NCBI GenBank assembly: GCA_965230975.1
Contig: OZ246402.1
Location: forward strand, 637,009-701,008
Reading direction: 5' to 3'
Length of the DNA: 64,000 bases
Source: an uncultured Candidatus Saccharibacteria bacterium
GTDB taxonomy: Bacteria; Patescibacteriota; Dojkabacteria; J137
Of this stretch, positions 19,566 to 29,303 are shown piece by piece. The notes beneath the pieces were generated by a model. That model did no database searches, was not told the DNA's origin, and saw only the letters and a program-made list of their open reading frames with translations. Both the position numbers and the translations under genes were made by a program. The first letter of the stretch is position 1; every line of letters begins with the position of its first letter.

Positions 19566-21084
19566 TAAGGATTTTGAAATACCAATGGAAATAATTGAAA
19601 AGATTTTAGTTGATAAAAGAGCGAGAAAAGAACTTACTCGAGAAAGTCATTACTGGTTCTTTCATCTTTACTTTAGTGAGTATGTTAAATATCCAACAGC
19701 AGATTTTCAAAGAGAAATGTTTAGCATCACAGAAGATGATGAAGTAAAAATGGCAGTTCTAATTGCTTTCAGAGGTTCCGCTAAGTCAACAATAATGACA
19801 ATGTCGTATCCTCTCTGGGCGATTTTAGGAAAGCAACAAAAGAAATGTGTTGTAATAATTTCTCAAACTCAACAACAAGTCAGAACTCACTTTGCAAATT
19901 TAAAAAGAGAACTAGAAAATAATGAAGTATTAAGAAACGACTTAGGTTCATTGGAGGAAGAATCTGATGAATGGGGATCGTATTCTTTAGTTCTACCTAA
20001 ATTCAATGCAAGACTTATTGCAGCATCAAGTGAACAAAGTATCAGAGGAATTAGGCATGGAGCAAATAGACCTGATTTAATTATTTGCGATGATGTTGAA
20101 GATTTAACTACTATAAAAACAAAGGAAGGCAGAGATAAAACATATTCTTGGCTATCTGGAGAAGTTATTCCGCTAGGGGATCAGAATACAAAGATAATAA
20201 TGATTGGAAATCTTCTGCACGAGGATTCTCTGTTAATGAGACTTAAAAAGAAAATCACGGAGGAAAATATGAATGCTATCTTCAGAGAATATCCTTTAGT
20301 TGATGATCAAAATAATATTCTTTGGTTAAGTAAGTTTAAAGATATAGATGCAATCAATGATTATAAAAAGATAATCGGGGATGATAAAGCTTGGCAAAGA
20401 GAATATATGCTTAAAATTATTCCAGAAGATGATCAATTAGTTTATCAAGAATGGATTCAGTATTACAATGAACTCCCAAAGAGTACTCAAGATTATAGAT
20501 ACACTATTATAGGTGTCGATTTAGCAATTTCAACAAGTGCTTCGGCTGACTATACTGCTATGGTTACAGCACATGTATTTGGAAATCTTGAAAACTTAAA
20601 AGTCTATATACTTCCTTTCCCTTTTAACAAAAGAGTTGAATTCACTACAATAACTGAAGTTATAAAACAAAAAGGAAAAGAACAACATTATGGAAGAAGA
20701 CCTGATATCTATATAGAAGAGGTGGGATTCCAAACAGCAGTAATTCATCAGTTAAAAAACCAAGGACTAAATACTAAAGGATTTAAAGTTCATGGACAAG
20801 ATAAAAGATCGAGATTAAATTCTGTAACTCCATTTATAAAGTTAGGACGAGTATTATTTCCCCAAAAAGGAGCTGAAGAACTAATTCAACAATTAGTCTA
20901 CTTCGGAGTGGAAAAGCATGATGATTTAGTGGATGCATTTTCCATGGTTCTTTTAAAAGTTGCGGAAAAGGATAGACCGGGAATTCAAGTCATAACAGGT
21001 GAAGCGGCTGCACTTTTGAGAGGTGGCGGTGGAAGCTGGTATGGCGGTGATTATTGGAGTTCAGGAAGTAGTCGATCGTTTTAA
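19534..21084 (+). CDS. Terminase large subunit
   Basis: AFRGSAKST (Walker A), IRG..RPDLIICDDVE (Walker B), GVDLA, DYTA, HDDLVDAFS. Confidence 0.9.
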   Translation: MIQTMNMKQINKDFEIPMEIIEKILVDKRARKELTRESHYWFFHLYFSEYVKYPTADFQREMFSITEDDEVKMAVLIAFRGSAKSTIMTMSYPLWAILGKQQKKCVVIISQTQQQVRTHFANLKRELENNEVLRNDLGSLEEESDEWGSYSLVLPKFNARLIAASSEQSIRGIRHGANRPDLIICDDVEDLTTIKTKEGRDKTYSWLSGEVIPLGDQNTKIIMIGNLLHEDSLLMRLKKKITEENMNAIFREYPLVDDQNNILWLSKFKDIDAINDYKKIIGDDKAWQREYMLKIIPEDDQLVYQEWIQYYNELPKSTQDYRYTIIGVDLAISTSASADYTAMVTAHVFGNLENLKVYILPFPFNKRVEFTTITEVIKQKGKEQHYGRRPDIYIEEVGFQTAVIHQLKNQGLNTKGFKVHGQDKRSRLNSVTPFIKLGRVLFPQKGAEELIQQLVYFGVEKHDDLVDAFSMVLLKVAEKDRPGIQVITGEAAALLRGGGGSWYGGDYWSSGSSRSF

Positions 21085-21126
21085 AATCTCCTAGACTTAA
21101 TAAGAGAACAGCGGTACTGTCTTGGT

Positions 21127-22443
21127 GTGAAAACACTGAATCAACCAATACGGTACTGCTTATACGCTAGAAAATCATCTGAATCAGATGAGAAGCAGGC
21201 AATGAGCATAGATGGTCAACTGATGGAAATGAGAGAACTTGCAAAAAGGGAAAAGATCGAAATAATAGAAGTTATTACAGAAAGCCATTCAGCCAAAGAA
21301 ACAGGACAAAGATCTCAATTTAATTATATGGTTGAGAGCATTTCTAAAGGAAAATATAACGCAATAATTACTTGGGCTCCAGATAGAATTTCAAGAAATG
21401 CAGGCGATCTGGGACGAGTTGTTGACTTAATGGATCAAGGAAAATTACTTTTTATAAAGACTCACTCTCAGACTTTCAGTAATAACCCAAATGAAAAGTT
21501 TTTGCTTATGATTTTGTGTTCTCAAGCAAAGCTCGAAAACGATAATCGAGGTATTAATGTTAAGAGAGGCTTGAGGAATAAATGTGGTATTGGAATTCGA
21601 CCTGGAATGGCTCCAATTGGTTACTTAAATACAATGAGAGGAAATAGGATTGCTTCTGTAGACTTAGATCCTGAGCGAGCTCCTATAATTAAAGAAATGT
21701 TTTACAAGGTTGCAAACCAAGGATATTCCGGAAGGATGATTAAAAAGTGGCTTGATAAACAAAACTTTAAAACTAAGAAAGGATATTCAATAAGTCTAGG
21801 TAGAATTTATGTTGCTCTTAATAACCCATTTTATTATGGAGAATTCCGCTACGGAAAGAAATGGTATAAGGGAACTCATGAACCATTAATTACAAAGTAC
21901 ATTTTTGATAAAGCACAGATTCAATTGGAAGTAGTTCCGAAACAATGGAACAAACAAGTCTTCCCATTTAAAAAGATTTGTAAATGCGGAACTTGTGGTG
22001 GAAGTATAACTGCTGAAATTAAATATCGTAGAACGAAAGCAGGTAAGATAAACACCCACATTTATTATCACTGCAATAGAATTAGAGATTACGAATGCAA
22101 GGAGCCATATATTACAGAAGAAGAATTGATCAAACAATTAATAATTTTGCTACCCAATCTTAAATTGAATACTAAATATTTATGGATGGAATTTGATGAG
22201 GAGATTAAAAGACTAAATCATTTAAAAGGTATTATTTATAATCAACAAGAAGCAAGCATACAACTTACACCACATAATCTTAATAAGTTGAAATCAGAAG
22301 ATTTAAGTCCCGAAGAATATCTAATGCTACAAAGTTATTTACTGCACATTCTTCAATTTGGAACTCCTGAAGAGAGACTAAGGATTCTGACTGGAATTCA
22401 ATCTAAATTTGAATTAACTCAAAGAGTGTTGGTAGCAAAGTAA
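21127..22443 (+). CDS. Large serine recombinase
   Basis: YARKSSE, SHSAK..G.R, DRISRN, NPFYYG, GTHEPLI, Zn ribbon CGTCG...YYHC. Confidence 0.95.
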   Translation: MKTLNQPIRYCLYARKSSESDEKQAMSIDGQLMEMRELAKREKIEIIEVITESHSAKETGQRSQFNYMVESISKGKYNAIITWAPDRISRNAGDLGRVVDLMDQGKLLFIKTHSQTFSNNPNEKFLLMILCSQAKLENDNRGINVKRGLRNKCGIGIRPGMAPIGYLNTMRGNRIASVDLDPERAPIIKEMFYKVANQGYSGRMIKKWLDKQNFKTKKGYSISLGRIYVALNNPFYYGEFRYGKKWYKGTHEPLITKYIFDKAQIQLEVVPKQWNKQVFPFKKICKCGTCGGSITAEIKYRRTKAGKINTHIYYHCNRIRDYECKEPYITEEELIKQLIILLPNLKLNTKYLWMEFDEEIKRLNHLKGIIYNQQEASIQLTPHNLNKLKSEDLSPEEYLMLQSYLLHILQFGTPEERLRILTGIQSKFELTQRVLVAK

Positions 22444-22505
22444 ATTAATTCCCTTTAATTATAATTCTATTGTATCAATTGGTTAGATACTGCTATTCTC
22501 TGACT

Positions 22506-23216
22506 ATGAAATATATAGTTGTATCAATGACATCCACAAGACCAGACAAATATGGGACTGCTTTTTCGAAAGAAGCACTTTTTGATGGAGCTAAACAAAT
22601 AAATATAAAATACCTACCGGTAAATATAGAGCATGATCGTTCCAATGTTATAGGTGTGGTTTTATATGCAGAGGTCCATGAATTACTAGATGGCGAATGG
22701 TTTCTAATGAATGTTTCTGGACTATTTGAGGAAAACGATGATAAAGAATTATTTAAGGCTGGATTGTCAAATATCGAGAGCTCAAATCCAAAATACCCTA
22801 AGCTAATTGCAGATGAGCTAGAGAACTTTAGGTTACATTTAAAAACCGTGCCTATAACTAAATACAAAATACCTAATACTCTTGAAGGTCAAATTGAACA
22901 GTATCTAGACAGGACAAAAGTCGATGAAAACGGGAATGTCTATGAAATCCGTGCATTTATTGATTCGGTAGGCGATCTAAAAATAGAGATCTATCCTAAT
23001 GATCACAACCCACCACATTTTCATATCACATCAAGGCAAAGAGGCATTAATGCAAGGTTTAATTTAACTACACTTAAATTTATTGACAATAAGAAAGGAA
23101 GTCGCGGTAGATTAACTTCCAACGATATTAAAAAGTTGGAAAGTTTTTTTGAGATGCATCCTCAAGCCCAAGAAGAACTTAGGAAAAGGTATGAAGATTT
23201 TAATCAAAACAACTGA
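22506..23216 (+). CDS. Prohead-protease-like N-terminal domain fused to DUF4160 domain
   Basis: STRPDKYGTAFSKEAL...PVNIEHDRSNVIG; C-terminal IEIYPNDHNPPHFHI. Confidence 0.6.
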   Translation: MKYIVVSMTSTRPDKYGTAFSKEALFDGAKQINIKYLPVNIEHDRSNVIGVVLYAEVHELLDGEWFLMNVSGLFEENDDKELFKAGLSNIESSNPKYPKLIADELENFRLHLKTVPITKYKIPNTLEGQIEQYLDRTKVDENGNVYEIRAFIDSVGDLKIEIYPNDHNPPHFHITSRQRGINARFNLTTLKFIDNKKGSRGRLTSNDIKKLESFFEMHPQAQEELRKRYEDFNQNN

Positions 23217-23257
23217 ATAGAGAACAACATTCGGACCTAAAGTATCATTCCTGAATA

Positions 23258-23448
23258 ATCAATACTCACAACAAAAAAGCTTAGAACCAGAGAGGTATGT
23301 TTAAAAGCCTAATATGGCTATTTTCAGGCTAAAACAACGATTTTGAGACATTTACGAATTATTGGAAGCCAATGTACAACACCATTCAACGCTACCAAGG
23401 TAGGTAGACGGGTCTTGCGAAACCATTTTAAAATGGCGGGGGCGACGA
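23258..23448 (+). repeat. Degenerate direct repeat copy 1, ending in a tRNA-3'-end-like sequence
   Basis: TTAGAACCA at 23281, GGTCTTG, TGGCGGGGGCGAC at 23434; same 153-bp spacing as copy 2. Confidence 0.65.
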
Positions 23449-23524
23449 TATTCTCACTAAAGTTTTTAAGTCTATATAAATGCCAATGGGTAAATAATTC
23501 CATTGGCATTTAAGATTAAGTTTA

Positions 23525-23776
23525 TCAGGAATTTCTTCTAGTTCTTTCAACTTTTCCTAAAATCAATTTCATCATATCTTCTCTGTCAGCTGCTAAAGAA
23601 TCGTCACTCATTTGTTCCTCAGTATAGATTCTTTCAAGGACTTTTGAAGCAACAGCCTCATTACTTAAAGTTGGCTCTTCTTGAAGAACATTCTTAATTT
23701 CAGTTCTTATTGACTCATTTATTGTTGCACCAATACTTCTTAGTCCATGTTCAATCACATTATCTAGACCATCCAT
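23525..23776 (-). CDS. Hypothetical protein
   Basis: 83-aa ORF between the two repeats. Confidence 0.6.
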   Translation of the reverse strand: MDGLDNVIEHGLRSIGATINESIRTEIKNVLQEEPTLSNEAVASKVLERIYTEEQMSDDSLAADREDMMKLILGKVERTRRNS

Positions 23777-23887
23777 AAATATTATACTAATAAATAATAC
23801 TTAGATTAAACATTAAATCTTGAGCTTTTGCAACTCAATCATTTTATATTGGTTAAAATTTACAAAGTTTAAAAATAATTAGTTTTA

Positions 23888-24081
23888 ATCGTGAACACCC
23901 ACAATAAAAAATATTAGAACCAAAAGATATTAAACTTAAGCCAAAATCAGAGGTATTCAGTAAAAAAGTAGGTATTTTAAGAAAATGAAATTCTTGGACA
24001 AAATTCGACAAGACTGTTAATGCTTTGACACCATAGTACCCAGGTCTTGTAGGATACTATAGGATATGGCGGAGGAGACAG
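23888..24081 (+). repeat. Degenerate direct repeat copy 2, ending in the tRNA-Ser 3' end
   Basis: TTAGAACCA at 23914, GGTCTTG, TGGCGGAGGAGAC at 24067. Confidence 0.65.
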
Positions 24082-24157
24082 GATTCGAACCTGCGTCCCA
24101 GTTGCCCGGGAACAGTCTTTCCAGGACTGCGCACTAGACCAACTATGCGACTCCTCC
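24067..24157 (-). tRNA. tRNA-Ser(GGA)
   Basis: GGAGGAG acceptor stem, CAGTC-CTGGAAA-GACTG anticodon arm, long variable arm, GTTCGAATC, encoded CCA. Confidence 0.97.
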
Positions 24158-24233
24158 TTGAATACTCAAATGTGCTTGTAATTTTAACAGATATTTAGCA
24201 TAATTCGCACAAAAATATAATAGTAGCAAAGCA

Positions 24234-25043
24234 ATGCAATATCATTTAAATACAGAAAACACAGTAGAACTACCCGAAGAGGTCTTAAGGTACAAACACT
24301 TGTATTCTATACTAACATTTCTAACACCATACACCCTTTCCAGGCTTATAAAAATAATAGAAACATTTATACATAACCCAACATCAGTAACGCTAGAATC
24401 CGGTGAAAACATTACCATAATTAAACCAAGCAAAAGATTCACACAACGTCCCGCAGAATTTCCTGCAACTGAAATAATTAATTGGGCTTTAAAGATGCAA
24501 TTTATATCAAGCGTTACATATATTTCTTCAGATACCGGAACATTTGCCAAAGGATATCAATTTTACCAGCTAGAAGAAGCCATAAAACTAATAATTGGAT
24601 TAATGCACCTACCAAATATAGATGAGTTTTTAACTATACTAAATTCAATAGCAATTCAAACCTTTCCATCAGGAGTAAAAATGCAAGACTATAAAACTCT
24701 TTCTGGCATTTTAAGATTCTTAAAAAGTTTAGAGCCAATAGATTCTAATAATGTGGATATAGTTAATCAACTAAAAACTTACCTAACACCAGAAAATAAA
24801 GATATAAGTTCTACAAATACTAAATATCAAATAAGCTTGTGCTTTACAGCGGGTTTAATTAATGAATATAACGAATTAACTCAAAAGGGAGTTAGATTTA
24901 TCTCATCGTTGCTAGCATTAAAAAATTATTTACAAGAAATGCAATCAACTGACTATTCTCTTATAGATGGGATGGATAGTGTTTCTACAATAATTTCTGA
25001 GTTAAATATAAACTACCCACAATATCCAGGTTTTGAGGCATAA
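24234..25043 (+). CDS. Hypothetical protein
   Basis: 269-aa ORF; weak wHTH-like end (AGLI...ELTQKG). Confidence 0.6.
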   Translation: MQYHLNTENTVELPEEVLRYKHLYSILTFLTPYTLSRLIKIIETFIHNPTSVTLESGENITIIKPSKRFTQRPAEFPATEIINWALKMQFISSVTYISSDTGTFAKGYQFYQLEEAIKLIIGLMHLPNIDEFLTILNSIAIQTFPSGVKMQDYKTLSGILRFLKSLEPIDSNNVDIVNQLKTYLTPENKDISSTNTKYQISLCFTAGLINEYNELTQKGVRFISSLLALKNYLQEMQSTDYSLIDGMDSVSTIISELNINYPQYPGFEA

Positions 25044-25132
25044 TAACACATTAAAAACTTTCTAAAATACACAAACCTCTTTTAACTTGACTAATAAATG
25101 TATATAATCTGACACCTATTATTAGTAACAAA

Positions 25133-25657
25133 ATGGCCCAATGCAGATATGATTTAGAAAGTAATTCCTATTTAAAAACCAGGTGGCAAAGCATAGCCAT
25201 TAATATTCCAGTTAAACCTCTACATTCTAATCATCAAGAACATATACCAGATATCGCGCAAAGAATACTTTATTATACAAATCAAGAAAACCTAGCAAAT
25301 ATGCGAGTTATAGATTTTTTTGAATATATAAAAAGCTACGGATACAGTGATGAAGTATTAAAGTCTTATGAGCAAGTTGTAAAAGCTATTAAAGCTCTTA
25401 AAGAAACAAGTGTGTTTATTGAATATATTGATGAAAAGCAATATACATTAGGGTTAATTGCAAATTGGATCTCATCAGGGCAATTTATAGAAACTACAAA
25501 TAACAAGTTGGGAAAATATAACTTTATAAGAATGCGAGGAATGGGCTTAAATTTATTACTTGTATTAATAAAATTCTTATCTGAACTTGGCCTTGTAGAT
25601 TACGAGCTTGCAATGAAACACTTATATTCTATAGAAGATTATGTCTTAGAACAATAA
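25133..25657 (+). CDS. Hypothetical protein, possible RNAP alpha-CTD/HhH-like C-terminus
   Basis: NFIRMRGMGLNLLLVLIKFLSELGL. Confidence 0.5.
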   Translation: MAQCRYDLESNSYLKTRWQSIAINIPVKPLHSNHQEHIPDIAQRILYYTNQENLANMRVIDFFEYIKSYGYSDEVLKSYEQVVKAIKALKETSVFIEYIDEKQYTLGLIANWISSGQFIETTNNKLGKYNFIRMRGMGLNLLLVLIKFLSELGLVDYELAMKHLYSIEDYVLEQ

Positions 25658-25737
25658 TTAGATACTTCTAATCTTTATATAGCATAGTTTGGTACACCCG
25701 CGTTATAATCTAAGGTTAATCTTTTTTAGGAATAAAA

Positions 25738-28700
25738 ATGGACCAGCAATATAAATCATTAGACAACTTTATTAGAATAAGTGGTGCAAGAACCAATAAC
25801 TTAAAAAATATCTCCGTTGATATTCCAAAACACAAACTAACTGTAATAACAGGTTTGTCGGGCTCGGGTAAATCTTCATTAGCATTTGATACCATATATG
25901 CAGAGGGTCAAAGAAAATACGTAGAATCTTTATCTTCTTATGCAAGGCAATTCTTAGGCTTAATGGAAAAGCCAGATGTAGATACAATAGAAGGCTTATC
26001 CCCAGCAATATCAATAGATCAAAAAACATCAGGTCATAATCCAAGGTCAACAGTAGGTACTGTAACAGAAATCTATGATTACCTTAGACTTTTATTTGCA
26101 AGAGTTGGGCACCCAAGAAGTCATATTTCGGGCAGAAGGTTAGAAAAACAAACAGTACAACAAATTGTAGATAGCATATTAAATTATCCAGCACAATTTG
26201 GTGTAGCAGAAGTTAAAATCATTTTACTATCACCATTAGTAAAAAATAGAAAAGGAACATACGAAGAGCTTTTTTCAAGGTTTTTATCCCAAGGTTATGC
26301 CAGAATTAGGGTAGATGGCAAAGTTTATTCTTTAGAAGAAGATATTAAACTAGATAAATTTGTTAAACACAATATAGAGCTTGTGGTAGATAGACTTGTT
26401 GTTAAGCCTGAAAGTGCTACAGATGCAGAATTTATGAAGCGTTTAACTGATTCTGTAGAGTTATGTGTAAACTTAGGTGAGGGGGAAATCTTAGTCAATC
26501 TCGTAGATTTTGCTAGCTTGAATTTTGACTCATTTAAAATGAAAGTTGATTCGCTTGGAGATGTATTTTACTCAGAAAAGTTAGTTGATCAAGAAACAGG
26601 AGAATCTTTCCCAGAAATTGAACCACATTCATTCTCATTTAATTCTCCATTTGGTGCCTGTCCGGTATGTAACGGCTTAGGAAGTGTAAAAGAGATAGAT
26701 GAATCTATGGTTTTTAACCCAAGGCTTACAATTAGCGAGGGCGGCATTTACCCTTGGTCAAGGCTTATGGAAAACGAAGATTCAATGACTTTTAAACTAA
26801 TAGAAACCGTAGCAAAAGAAGAGGGTTTCTCTATTAAAACACCAATAGGTAAATTATCAGAAGAACAACGTAATTTAATTTTATATGGCAAAAAAAATAA
26901 AAAATACCCAATAAGCTATTCGGGTCAAGGTGGTAATAGAACCTGGATGGCAGAATTTGAGGGCGTAATTCCAAACTTATTAAGAAGATATAACGAAACT
27001 GATTCTGAATATATTAGATCAGAAATAGAGCAATTTATGATAGAAAAAGAGTGTGATGAATGTAAGGGATATAGGCTTAAAAAAGAAACTTTAGCTGTAA
27101 CAATTAGAGGGAAAAATATAGTTGATATTGGTAGCATGTCTATCTCTGATGCTCACGAATGGATTACTGCTTTTAACAATCCCCCAACAGGGACCAACAA
27201 ACCTGGAACAATGCAACAACTATTCAACTTGGCAATAATTAATCCTTCAGAAGATGATATTTCTGAACAAGAGCGAGAGATTGGAAAGCAAATATTTAAA
27301 GAGATAGCTGTGAGATTAAACTTCTTAGTTTCTGTGGGCTTAGATTATTTATCTTTAAACAGAAGTGCTCGTACACTATCGGGCGGAGAAGCTCAAAGAA
27401 TAAGACTTGCTTCACAAATTGGAACTGGTTTAACAGGTGTTTTATATGTTTTAGATGAACCTTCTATCGGTTTGCATCAAAGAGACAATGAAAGATTAAT
27501 AAATACACTAGAAAGATTAAGAGATATTGGTAACACTGTAATTGTTGTTGAACATGATGAAGATACAATGAAAAGAGCAGATCACATTTTAGACATTGGT
27601 CCAGGAGCCGGAGAACATGGAGGCAAGGTTGTAGCACAAGGCACAATAGAAGATATAAAAGCATCTAAAGATTCGATTACGGGTAAGTACCTAAGTGGAA
27701 ATATTGTAATTACCAAAGAAAATATTTACAAAGAAATAGAGAGTATAGATGCTTTAAATAAAACGACAAACGGTGCAACAACAAATGAAAAGGGAAAATT
27801 AATTTTTACAAACGTTAAACATCACAATTTAAAAGGTGTTGATTTAGAAGTACCATTAGGCAAATTTGTTTGTGTTACTGGTGTTTCTGGTTCTGGTAAG
27901 TCATCTTTGATTAACGATGTGGTTTACAAAGCACTTTCAAAAGAACTTTATGGTTCTAAAGATAATCCCGGTCAATATTCAGAAATGCGTGGGATTGAAA
28001 ATATAGATAAAATTGTAGATATAGATCAATCTCCAATTGGAAGAACTCCAAGATCTAACCCTGCAACTTATACAGGAATATTCAACACTATTAGAGATAT
28101 TTTCTCTCAAACTAAGGAATCTAAAATTAGAGGGTATAAACCTGGTAGGTTTAGTTTTAATGTTAAGGGTGGTAGGTGTGAAAAGTGTGAAGGTGCTGGT
28201 GTAATCAAAATTTCGATGCAATTTTTGCCAGATGTTTATGTAACTTGCGAAGAGTGCCATGGTCATAGATACAATAGAGAAACTTTGCAAATTGATTATA
28301 AGGGCAAAAATATTTCAGATGTTTTAAACATGACTGTAGAAGAAGGAGTGAGCTTTTTTGAAAATATAAATATGATTGGGCCTAAATTGCAAACTTTACA
28401 AGATGTTGGTTTAGGCTATATTAGGCTTGGTCAGGGTGCTACCACTTTATCGGGTGGAGAATCTCAAAGGGTTAAACTTGCATCAGAGCTTTCCAAAAGG
28501 TCTACAGGTAAAACTTTATATATTTTAGATGAGCCAACTACTGGGTTACATTTTGAAGATGTTAGAAAACTTTTGATTGTATTGCATGGTTTGGTTGCAA
28601 AAGGTAATTCTGTGTTAGTTATTGAACATAACTTAGATTTGATTAAAACTGCAGATTGGATTATTGATTTAGGCCCAGAAGGAGGTGAAAAAGGTGGGTA

Positions 28701-28782
28701 CATTTTGGCAGAAGGAACACCTAATCAAATTGCTAACGTGAGTGAAAGTTATACGGGGCAGTGGTTAAAAAAGATAATATAA
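25738..28782 (+). CDS. uvrA: Excinuclease ABC subunit A
   Basis: GLSGSGKSSLAFDTIYAEGQR, LSGGEAQRIRLA, second ABC domain, Zn fingers. Confidence 0.98.
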   Translation: MDQQYKSLDNFIRISGARTNNLKNISVDIPKHKLTVITGLSGSGKSSLAFDTIYAEGQRKYVESLSSYARQFLGLMEKPDVDTIEGLSPAISIDQKTSGHNPRSTVGTVTEIYDYLRLLFARVGHPRSHISGRRLEKQTVQQIVDSILNYPAQFGVAEVKIILLSPLVKNRKGTYEELFSRFLSQGYARIRVDGKVYSLEEDIKLDKFVKHNIELVVDRLVVKPESATDAEFMKRLTDSVELCVNLGEGEILVNLVDFASLNFDSFKMKVDSLGDVFYSEKLVDQETGESFPEIEPHSFSFNSPFGACPVCNGLGSVKEIDESMVFNPRLTISEGGIYPWSRLMENEDSMTFKLIETVAKEEGFSIKTPIGKLSEEQRNLILYGKKNKKYPISYSGQGGNRTWMAEFEGVIPNLLRRYNETDSEYIRSEIEQFMIEKECDECKGYRLKKETLAVTIRGKNIVDIGSMSISDAHEWITAFNNPPTGTNKPGTMQQLFNLAIINPSEDDISEQEREIGKQIFKEIAVRLNFLVSVGLDYLSLNRSARTLSGGEAQRIRLASQIGTGLTGVLYVLDEPSIGLHQRDNERLINTLERLRDIGNTVIVVEHDEDTMKRADHILDIGPGAGEHGGKVVAQGTIEDIKASKDSITGKYLSGNIVITKENIYKEIESIDALNKTTNGATTNEKGKLIFTNVKHHNLKGVDLEVPLGKFVCVTGVSGSGKSSLINDVVYKALSKELYGSKDNPGQYSEMRGIENIDKIVDIDQSPIGRTPRSNPATYTGIFNTIRDIFSQTKESKIRGYKPGRFSFNVKGGRCEKCEGAGVIKISMQFLPDVYVTCEECHGHRYNRETLQIDYKGKNISDVLNMTVEEGVSFFENINMIGPKLQTLQDVGLGYIRLGQGATTLSGGESQRVKLASELSKRSTGKTLYILDEPTTGLHFEDVRKLLIVLHGLVAKGNSVLVIEHNLDLIKTADWIIDLGPEGGEKGGYILAEGTPNQIANVSESYTGQWLKKII

Positions 28783-28808
28783 GGTTCAGACCAATGTGGG
28801 GTTGACGC

Positions 28809-29303
28809 TTGATAGTGGCGACATATGTTATAATTACTCATACTTTTAAAATATGTTTTATGGATGATATGAATGCTAGGATTTTCAGAGATAACTCACC
28901 TGAATCATTGAACAGACTGTATTTAACAGAAGAAAGAAAGCAAGAAATAAAGTTAGCTTTATCAACTTTAAGAAATAAATTTAGATCAATATTTACATTC
29001 ACCACTCCATCCTTTGGACAAAGCAACTTGGAAATAGCAACACAATTATATACTGCTTACATTAATGATACACCATCATTAATATTAGCATTAACAGATT
29101 TTGCTAATAATTACCCAGAAACATATAATTATATAATGAGTTTTATTTTGGGTACAAGATTAGAAGAATTAGAAAATGCAATTAAAATCTTTGAAGAGTC
29201 TTCTGGTGAAGATAAACTAAAGTTCGACCATATAAGTAAAGCAGTTGTTAGCCAATTCAATTTGCTTAGAATCTTTTTAGATATTGATATTGAAGAATCT
29301 TAA
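28809..29303 (+). CDS. Hypothetical protein (start probably 28860)
   Basis: ORF with TGTTATAAT extended -10-like site upstream of the internal ATG. Confidence 0.55.
   Translation: MIVATYVIITHTFKICFMDDMNARIFRDNSPESLNRLYLTEERKQEIKLALSTLRNKFRSIFTFTTPSFGQSNLEIATQLYTAYINDTPSLILALTDFANNYPETYNYIMSFILGTRLEELENAIKIFEESSGEDKLKFDHISKAVVSQFNLLRIFLDIDIEES

Larger units (their letters stand above)
3649..24067. mobile_element. Genomic island downstream of tRNA-Ser (left boundary uncertain, could be near 700)
   Basis: Serine recombinase, terminase genes, LexA-like repressor and defence genes clustered against the tRNA-Ser 3' end; no left att repeat found. Confidence 0.75.

Noticed and set aside
21019-21084. 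Gly/Ser/Trp-rich GC-rich tail of terL as a separate element
   Set aside because: In frame with terL and explained as a low-complexity C-terminus
17842-22443. Complete prophage
   Set aside because: No portal, capsid, tail, lysis or replication genes recognisable
23324-23509. 61-aa minus-strand ORF
   Set aside because: Lies antisense across the repeat scar with no recognisable motif; probably spurious
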